The notes under the pieces are model-generated. The model worked only from the letters and a program-made list of their open reading frames with translations. It did not search any database and was not told the DNA's origin. The translations under genes and the position numbers were made by a program. This document shows, one piece after another, positions 54,679 through 61,035 of a DNA stretch of 61,035 bases (position 1 is the stretch's first letter; every line of letters begins with the position of its first letter). This stretch comes from a virus (lineage: Duplodnaviria > Caudoviricetes): positions 1-61,035 of IMG/VR virus record IMGVR_UViG_3300017729_000002. One strand, written 5' to 3'.

Positions 54679-56955
54679 TTATGACCTAGCGTCTTCTTGG
54701 AACTTCATGGCGGCTTCAGCGTCGCGGATGGCTTGATCCTGCTCGTGCTTTTGTTGCTTGATGGCCATCTCGAGCTCAGCCTTCTGCTGCATAATCTGCA
54801 TCTGGACTTGGGCTGCCTCCATCTTTGGATCTGGTGCTTGTTGTTCACCGCCCTGCTGCTGTTGCATCATGGCTTCTTCCTCAGTCATCTGCTGCTGGGC
54901 TTGGGCTGCATCACGTTCTTCTTTCTGCATTGCCTTGGCGGTGTTGTTAATCATTTCTTCACCATACTGTAGAGCCTGCTTAGCCTGTGCGACTAGTCCC
55001 TCAAGTGCAGGTTCCGCAGATGCGAACTGTGTATGCTCGGCAACGTGCTGATACATGGACTGAAGCACTGGCATTGACTGCATTGGGTCGGCTTGTCCTG
55101 TGTTTAATGCTTCAATTAGCTGTCCAAAGACCTGTAAGTGGATAGGTAAGTGGGTTCCATGTAGCTCAGATGACAATACTGGGATAGGTTCACCCTTAGA
55201 AATGTGTCCATTCTCGATGATCGCCATCTTATTGTCCACTGTTTCACGTGGAACATCTACTTGTGGGGCATATCTATCAGCAATATCGGCTCCAACACGG
55301 GTAGCTACGATGTCACGTGTGAGGTTTGCACGCCCAACTTCGTCAAATGAGCCACTAATTGCGTTCAATTCACGTAAGGAAGCCAGTCTGTTAGCCCTAG
55401 ATCCGTCTCCGATAGCTCTAACTGCTGTAGTTCTGGCTGTATCGAGGCTGTTAATGAACTCTTTTGGTACGCCACGAGCCTCACAACGCTTGAAAAAGTC
55501 TGAAATGCGCTTGTCTTTAGGTGATTTGATGATGCGTTTGACCACTTGACGGAGTAATCTACCCCAAGATGCGTAGAATAAGTTCAATGCAGCACCACTT
55601 AACTGGGTGCTAATGTCCATATCGCTAACAACTTGATCCTTATTCCTGTATGGTGAACTCTGATTCGGGCCATATGGGGACTGTGTGTCCGTATTCATGG
55701 CCAATTGGTTCTGCATATCCGATAAAGCGGGCTGCACAGCCTGAGATAAGTTAGGAATTGCCTTCTCAATGATGTTCACATTGGGTGAAAGCACGGCATA
55801 TGAGCCATAAAATGTCATATCGAGCTCCTCAAGAGCGCGACTTGACTCAGGTTGCAGCATTACGGCGGAGCTAATCATGGCTCCGTCGATCATTTGGCAA
55901 CGTAGTCTGTTAGATGTTTGAATGTGAGAGAAGATTCTCTGCCCTAATCCGCGGATCGAGTGGTATGTGCCGTTAGATCCGACGCCATATGTAAACATCA
56001 CGTATGCTTCTTCAGCAGACTTGTAGCGTGATGGCTTCTCATAGAGAAATTCTTTGGGGCTAGACTCGGCGCATGAGTAATGAGACAGGCTCCCGTCAAC
56101 TTCACGGACAAGATAATGCAGAACCGATACGGTGGGGTTCTCTACGCCAATATATAAGTCGTTATTCTTGAGCTCGGCCTGTAAAGCCTCGTAATTACCA
56201 TCAACAGAACCACCTGAGAACGACCCACGCCCCGTGGTGGTCACATTCTTAGTCATGACGCGCTTTACCTCGGCGACATTCCAACCAACTTTAGCAGCTG
56301 CTTCAGGGTCTTTAATAAAATTGTTTAACTCATGGAGGTGATAGCTGCGACGAATGACTGACACGTCGATGGCTTCCTCTGTTGCGGGGGTCTGACGAGG
56401 GATTAGAATGTCCTCAAAGGATCCTACCCTAAACTGCCAGCCTTCAGGGGAGTCAAAGTATGCTACGCCGACACCGTGCTTAATAAATGTTGTGCAAAGT
56501 CGAAGGTAGTTACTGTGAAACTCGGGCCACGACTTTAGTAGCTGAGTAATCTCTGAGCTAACTATGTCTTCCCACTCATGGCGTTGGGCGTCTTCACCGA
56601 GTGTGCCTTTAACATTAACGAACTTCTCCAATGAGGAGTATAGGTCTACGTAAGCTGACAAAGAGATATCAAGCAAACGCTGAGATTCTCCGAAGTTTAA
56701 GTTTGTTTTCTGACCTTGTCCAGAGGCGTTGAGCTTAGCTTGCGAGTATGGGGCTGAGCCATCAAACATGCCGTCGATTCGGGCACGCTGCAATGCTGAC
56801 TGTTTGTCTGCATCCTTGAGGCGGTTGTATACTGCTAAAGCGGACGTTACATCTTTGAGTCTGCGTGCTTTGGTTCCGTCTTCCTTAACCCCCATCGTGA
56901 GCCCTAGCTCATCTATTACGTCTAGGGATTTGGGTTGCTTTGTTTTGTCAGCCAT
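54679..56955 (-). CDS. Portal protein
   Basis: 758 aa, helical, HGVGV and GLG motifs, Gln-rich C-terminal barrel; first gene of the head module. Confidence 0.75.
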   Translation of the reverse strand: MADKTKQPKSLDVIDELGLTMGVKEDGTKARRLKDVTSALAVYNRLKDADKQSALQRARIDGMFDGSAPYSQAKLNASGQGQKTNLNFGESQRLLDISLSAYVDLYSSLEKFVNVKGTLGEDAQRHEWEDIVSSEITQLLKSWPEFHSNYLRLCTTFIKHGVGVAYFDSPEGWQFRVGSFEDILIPRQTPATEEAIDVSVIRRSYHLHELNNFIKDPEAAAKVGWNVAEVKRVMTKNVTTTGRGSFSGGSVDGNYEALQAELKNNDLYIGVENPTVSVLHYLVREVDGSLSHYSCAESSPKEFLYEKPSRYKSAEEAYVMFTYGVGSNGTYHSIRGLGQRIFSHIQTSNRLRCQMIDGAMISSAVMLQPESSRALEELDMTFYGSYAVLSPNVNIIEKAIPNLSQAVQPALSDMQNQLAMNTDTQSPYGPNQSSPYRNKDQVVSDMDISTQLSGAALNLFYASWGRLLRQVVKRIIKSPKDKRISDFFKRCEARGVPKEFINSLDTARTTAVRAIGDGSRANRLASLRELNAISGSFDEVGRANLTRDIVATRVGADIADRYAPQVDVPRETVDNKMAIIENGHISKGEPIPVLSSELHGTHLPIHLQVFGQLIEALNTGQADPMQSMPVLQSMYQHVAEHTQFASAEPALEGLVAQAKQALQYGEEMINNTAKAMQKEERDAAQAQQQMTEEEAMMQQQQGGEQQAPDPKMEAAQVQMQIMQQKAELEMAIKQQKHEQDQAIRDAEAAMKFQEDARS

Positions 56956-56967
56956 AAGATGTTGGGG

Positions 56968-56996
56968 ATGTTACTATTTTATATTGAAGTGGTCAA
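56968..56996 (-). promoter_or_regulatory. sigma70-type promoter of the portal operon
   Basis: TTGACC-17-TAACAT, 12 nt before ATG. Confidence 0.6.
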
Positions 56997-57002
56997 GGTG
57001 CA

Positions 57003-57272
57003 TTACCACTTGACCTTATTCGCCCAGTATGCCGCTGACATCTTGCCTTTATCGATGTTCTTTTTATGGCGAGCTTTGAATGATGCTTGGCGCTTGGTGG
57101 GTTGCTTGTCACCTGTCACACCCTGTTGTCCAAAATGGATAACCTTAGTCTCGCCGTCTTCACTCGCCATGACGACGTGGCTCTTGGTTTTGTGCTTGGG
57201 TGTGCGCTTGGGTTTATTGACCCCAGAAAGACCGAGTCTTTTTATAGTGGCTTTGACGCGATCAGAAGGCAT
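57003..57272 (-). CDS. Basic conserved phage protein
   Basis: K.IHFGQQG...R.SFKARH...SAAYWA.K.KW, a motif I recall from many aquatic phages. Confidence 0.7.
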   Translation of the reverse strand: MPSDRVKATIKRLGLSGVNKPKRTPKHKTKSHVVMASEDGETKVIHFGQQGVTGDKQPTKRQASFKARHKKNIDKGKMSAAYWANKVKW

Positions 57273-57274
57273 GT

Positions 57275-57469
57275 CTAATACTTGGTTGTGCCCTTCGCTT
57301 TGTCATAAACCTCATTAGCAGCCGTCGTCATTTTCCCACGCATTTGTTCTTTACGGGCTTTCTTACGTTGGTCCCTGTCACGCTTGGAAGCACTACTTGT
57401 CATAGGCTTGGGGCTACCACTTGAAAGACCTATGCTTTTTGCTGTTGCTTTAACTTTATCTGAGTGCAT
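57275..57469 (-). CDS. Small basic protein
   Basis: ATG 57469 preceded by TTGACG-17-TAAGGT-7 nt; N-terminus SDKVKATAK resembles next gene's SDRVKATIK. Confidence 0.6.
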   Translation of the reverse strand: MHSDKVKATAKSIGLSSGSPKPMTSSASKRDRDQRKKARKEQMRGKMTTAANEVYDKAKGTTKY

Positions 57470-57479
57470 GTGAATAACC

Positions 57480-57701
57480 TTACACAAGTTCTACCCAATC
57501 GTCAATCCTCGATCCTGCGTCCTTCGACTCGAGGTTGCCCTCGATGAAAGATTGAAGTGCAAGGGTCTCTGACTTGGTTAGCTTGGTGACGGAAATGTAT
57601 CCCGACGACCTCCATGCTTTTACTATCTCCACAATACCGTTCTCCCATCGAAATGATAGGCGGTAGTTCTCGGCTTCGTATTGGTCTGTTTGTCTTTTCA
57701 T
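57480..57701 (-). CDS. Hypothetical protein
   Basis: TAATG overlap with the nuclease gene. Confidence 0.55.
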   Translation of the reverse strand: MKRQTDQYEAENYRLSFRWENGIVEIVKAWRSSGYISVTKLTKSETLALQSFIEGNLESKDAGSRIDDWVELV

Positions 57702-58042
57702 TAGTCTTTTGGGTATGGTTCAGCTAGACCTTCGTCCAGCAATAGTTGATTCATGCTTACTCCATCTAAATATATTGTCCCGAGCCAACGGCCATATTTG
57801 CCTGACTTGTCTCTGTAGGATTCTAAGGTCACCTCCCTACCACTAATCAGGTTCCTGAGTCGGGCTGCTGCTACTAGCCCAGCGGCTCGCTCGTCTCCTC
57901 GTATCTCGGGGGTGTTGATACCGATAAGTCTAATCTTCTGATTCCTCATCCACATGTTGAACCCTAAGTCGATGTCTAGGGTCACGGAGTCGCCGTCGTA
58001 TACACTAGTGCATCGTGCGTTGTATGTATATTGTGTATTCAT
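57701..58042 (-). CDS. Thermonuclease (SNase-like)
   Basis: VYDGDS, IRLIGINTPE, GKYGRWLG, N..LL.EGLA. Confidence 0.9.
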   Translation of the reverse strand: MNTQYTYNARCTSVYDGDSVTLDIDLGFNMWMRNQKIRLIGINTPEIRGDERAAGLVAAARLRNLISGREVTLESYRDKSGKYGRWLGTIYLDGVSMNQLLLDEGLAEPYPKD

Positions 58043-58662
58043 TTTTTGTGTATTTTTTTGTGGCAAGGGATGCAAACCCCCATTAGCTCAAACATAAACT
58101 CGTCTCCAACATGATCATACGTCAGGTGATGTGCTTGTTGAGACTTTGCCTTTAAACACGCCTGACACAGTGGGTCACGCTTTAGTATTTTCTTACGCTT
58201 CTTAGCCCATTTTTTGGATTTTAAATACTCATTATACCACTCCCACCAGTCTGATTTTTCTCTTTCTTGGTCAGCAGCAGCTAGACTATAGCGGATCTCT
58301 GCTATCCTGTTACTCGCTGCCGCTGCTTTGCTCATTAATGTTTTTGTAGATAAAACATCTTCAAGCAGAGGCCAATCGTTATCCCATTCCAATCTTCGGA
58401 TGTCTTTCCCCTGACCTTTCTGGCCACAACCAAGACAAATGGGTACTACATTACTGTCACCAAATTTGTGGGTGTTGTAGCGGTTTTTAATTGTACCAAC
58501 AATTATCTCACCCATCGGAAGATCCCATTTGTTGGTGCCGACGCAATAGCAGAGCCTATTGCGGCCATATGGTTTATCATTACGCTCGCGTATAAGATAC
58601 TCAACGTCTGCGTTTGCCGCGTCTACTAATTTTATCGCTTCGTCTAGTGTTATTGTATTCAT
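58039..58662 (-). CDS. HNH endonuclease domain protein
   Basis: YL.S..W...R..ILKRD..CQAC...HHLTY...VCIPCH..IH. Confidence 0.85.
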   Translation of the reverse strand: MNTITLDEAIKLVDAANADVEYLIRERNDKPYGRNRLCYCVGTNKWDLPMGEIIVGTIKNRYNTHKFGDSNVVPICLGCGQKGQGKDIRRLEWDNDWPLLEDVLSTKTLMSKAAAASNRIAEIRYSLAAADQEREKSDWWEWYNEYLKSKKWAKKRKKILKRDPLCQACLKAKSQQAHHLTYDHVGDEFMFELMGVCIPCHKKIHKK

Positions 58663-59198
58663 GATTTCATCTCTATGAGTTGTTGCATCCGTTCTTCCTG
58701 CATCTCTTTAAGCTGCTTGCGGCTGTAGGTGCGCGGTCGAAAAGATACGTCCCTTAGGTTAACGCGTTCAATGGGGCATCGGCCACTGGTCTCGTCTAAG
58801 TAATACTTTACCTCGCGGAAATATATACCTTGAGCGTCTTCAGTCTGATGGTAAACATTACCGCCGTGGTCTACTAAGTATAAACACCACAAGTCAGGTA
58901 TCTCTATAAACTGGGAACCTATCTCACGCGGTCTTCGCGGTAGCCACTCGTGGTCCTCTCCAGCTGCTATCAGCGCCTCCCTGCGTAGTGCTTGCGGGTT
59001 TCGACTTCTCCTCTTCCCATCGTCAAAAGTAATTTGCACTCGGAGTTCTTTCCAGTTTCTACCTTTACGAGAGGTGAGCGTGGTCTTAATTGGTTTGCGT
59101 GAGCCGCTCTTTAACAAGCGGTATACCTTGCCGTTGGAGGCAATCTGATACTTCGAGGCGTTTGGTATGGGGTAAAACTGTAGTGTGTCTTTACTCAT
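58659..59198 (-). CDS. Protein with two NUMOD4-like repeats
   Basis: PIPNASKYQIASNGKVY and EIPDLWCLYLVDHGGNVY. Confidence 0.55.
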   Translation of the reverse strand: MSKDTLQFYPIPNASKYQIASNGKVYRLLKSGSRKPIKTTLTSRKGRNWKELRVQITFDDGKRRSRNPQALRREALIAAGEDHEWLPRRPREIGSQFIEIPDLWCLYLVDHGGNVYHQTEDAQGIYFREVKYYLDETSGRCPIERVNLRDVSFRPRTYSRKQLKEMQEERMQQLIEMKS

Positions 59199-59204
59199 GT
59201 GGGT

Positions 59205-59232
59205 ATCCTACTAAAAACAGAGGGGGTGTCAA
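59205..59232 (-). promoter_or_regulatory. sigma70-type promoter, apparently leaderless
   Basis: TTGACA-16-TAGGAT-6 nt-ATG(59198). Confidence 0.6.
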
Positions 59233-59298
59233 TCCGTTTTTAACTCCAATTTTGTGCTCGGGGCTGTAGCCTATATTCTATATAGCCTAGCGGCTAAT

Positions 59299-59415
59299 AG
59301 AGATGACCACAACAACCCCTCTTCTTTTAGAAAGTTTTTATTCACTTTCTCCTTCTTAGAGGGAGAATATAGAAAAAAACTTTCTAAAAGAAAGGGGGTT
59401 GTTGTGGTCATCTCT
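59299..59415. repeat. 117-bp imperfect palindrome
   Basis: 41-bp arms with 2 mismatches plus an inner 10-bp stem. Confidence 0.95.
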
Positions 59416-59652
59416 CTTTTTATTTAGCCCTTACCCTATATAGCCCACAGGCCCATAGAGGGGGTGTCAATCAGTAAAAACACACCTTAAAATAAACGCA
59501 AACTACTTGCATTAAGGATCTAATGTATTCACTTTGTAGTTACTTCAGCAGCAAATAGGCGATAATCACCCCTATCCAAAAGCCTAACCAGAGCAACCCA
59601 ATCATTATAAGGCACGCCCCTTCCTGCGCTTTGTTTATTTCATCGTCTTTCA

Positions 59653-59967
59653 TTATTTTGGTTTTAAGTGTTTGTGTTCCAAAATCCACGGTATAATTAG
59701 GTTCTCGACGCACCTTACATACGCCTCCTCCTCATTACGCTCCATGTATGCGATACCCGTTATTCGGAATATCATATGCGACACCTCATGTATAAGCGTG
59801 AGCCAGTGCTGCTTCGGGTCATCTATACACTTCAGAGATAGGAAGATGGTGAGCTGGTCATTGTCACACAGACCCCACTCCTCTATATCTGAATACCGAA
59901 CCTTGATCCATTTACCTAGAACCTTGATTCGTTTGACCTTGCTGCCCTTCTCAAGTTCTTTCTTCAT
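59653..59967 (-). CDS. Small zincin-like metallopeptidase
   Basis: WG.C....TI.L, TLIHEVSH, downstream EEE. Confidence 0.7.
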   Translation of the reverse strand: MKKELEKGSKVKRIKVLGKWIKVRYSDIEEWGLCDNDQLTIFLSLKCIDDPKQHWLTLIHEVSHMIFRITGIAYMERNEEEAYVRCVENLIIPWILEHKHLKPK

Positions 59968-60205
59968 CCGTCATCGTGATAAAGCAAGGTGTTGATTCGC
60001 CGAGCCATGCACCTATCTGGTTAAACTCAAAGAACTCTTCCGCCTCCTCGTAGTCCATTCCGTCCTTCATATGTGCCTTGATGACTTTGTCACGGTCGTA
60101 GCACACGATAGGCGGCTGCCCAAATCGCTCTACTACACCTACGATGCACTCGTCATACCCATCCATAATGAGCATGTCCTCTGTAATTTCATCTTCTAAT
60201 ATCAT
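59951..60205 (-). CDS. Conserved phage hypothetical protein
   Basis: DGYDECIVG...YD..K...GM..EEAEEFFEFN..GAW.GE.TP. Confidence 0.7.
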   Translation of the reverse strand: MILEDEITEDMLIMDGYDECIVGVVERFGQPPIVCYDRDKVIKAHMKDGMDYEEAEEFFEFNQIGAWLGESTPCFITMTDEERT

Positions 60206-60606
60206 GACTTTTTGTTGTAAGGGCTAATTGGTGCTTCGCCTCGGTCTTCGAGTGTGCGTTGCAATAGTGCTAATGCCCGCCACGCAACTTTCGCTGCATG
60301 TAGAATACCATCATCATCGAGCTGGTCATACTGCATCAGGTGTCTGACTAGGCAGTCCGACTCATCGGTAGACTTCTCCCTCGCCCAATGGAGCGGTTCA
60401 CCTGCGTTGTGTTGGTCGTTTCCTGTCTTACTACACTTAGCTACCAGCCACAGTGCATCTGGGAAGTAGTTAAGCACTCCACTAAATATAGGCGCTTGCT
60501 TCCGTTCGTAACCCTTGTTAAAGCCTCCTTCGTCCTGTAGATAAGGCTTCGAGTCGCCTTCACCGACCCCTATACTGGACCATCCTTTCTTTTGTTTATC
60601 GCTCAT
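60202..60606 (-). CDS. DUF5664-like dATP/dGTP diphosphohydrolase domain protein
   Basis: YFPDAL..VA..S..GN.QH..W...RHL...DDDGILH.A..AW.ALA. Confidence 0.7.
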   Translation of the reverse strand: MSDKQKKGWSSIGVGEGDSKPYLQDEGGFNKGYERKQAPIFSGVLNYFPDALWLVAKCSKTGNDQHNAGEPLHWAREKSTDESDCLVRHLMQYDQLDDDGILHAAKVAWRALALLQRTLEDRGEAPISPYNKKS

Positions 60607-60829
60607 TGTTCTTTTTAGCTTTGCGTTTTAGGTAGTATTCATGCTGGTACTTCTTCTGTTTAGATACGTAATCGGGGTCCTTAAGTCTTTTCTCAGCTCT
60701 CTCTTGTAGGATTATTTCCCTTTTAGCATAATATCGCTCTTTGGCATACCTCAATCTAGCGCGTCTATTCTTCTGGTAGTACAGCCGCTTCTTCTTGAGG
60801 GTCGCTTCTGGTGTTTTCTTATCGGGCAT
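60596..60829 (-). CDS. Small Lys/Arg/Tyr-rich protein
   Basis: Repeated YY..R motif; promoter TTGACA-16-TAATCT 5 nt before ATG. Confidence 0.65.
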   Translation of the reverse strand: MPDKKTPEATLKKKRLYYQKNRRARLRYAKERYYAKREIILQERAEKRLKDPDYVSKQKKYQHEYYLKRKAKKNNER

Positions 60830-61035
60830 GACTTAGATTACCCACCACCACACTTGTGTCAAGTCTTTGTGATTCCCATTAATTTTTTCATATGCGTGTA
60901 TATATACACACGCACGACCCGCAAAAAACCCGCACACCCCCCGTGGCGTCCCACAACTTCGCACAACGTATGTAATGCCAGATCCTAAGTCCTTGATCCT
61001 GAGACAGTTACCAGAATAGGGCTGTGGAACAATCG

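Overview
The window looks like a complete or nearly complete ~61 kb lytic, podovirus-like dsDNA phage genome. I see no integrase, tRNA, CRISPR array or recognisable RNA polymerase. Layout: (1) 1-7.3 kb, + strand early region with a DUF3150-like / MoxR-type AAA+ / zincin-VWA trio, each gene bracketed by the same GTGATAC-C-GTATCAC hairpin, then small ORFs including a MarR HTH and a DnaA domain-IV protein; (2) 7.4-25.1 kb, - strand, a 4390-aa polyvalent internal virion protein, three probable ejection proteins and the large terminase; (3) 25.1-34.2 kb, + strand replication module (HTH, RuvC-like resolvase, SF2 helicase, DUF2800-like nuclease, SSB-like protein, family A DNA polymerase, primase-helicase); (4) 34.1-57 kb, - strand portal, scaffold, capsid, tail fibres, sulfotransferase, lysis and tail genes; (5) 57-61 kb, - strand small nucleases and accessory genes plus a 117-bp palindrome. 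Best leads: a four-fold LQSAI motif that divides the giant protein into cassette-like domains next to zincin-like proteases, the conserved early-region hairpin, a tandem RNA-like motif in the capsid leader, widespread apparently leaderless sigma70-type promoters, and apparent absence of CCGG. All family assignments come from motif recognition by eye, not database searches.
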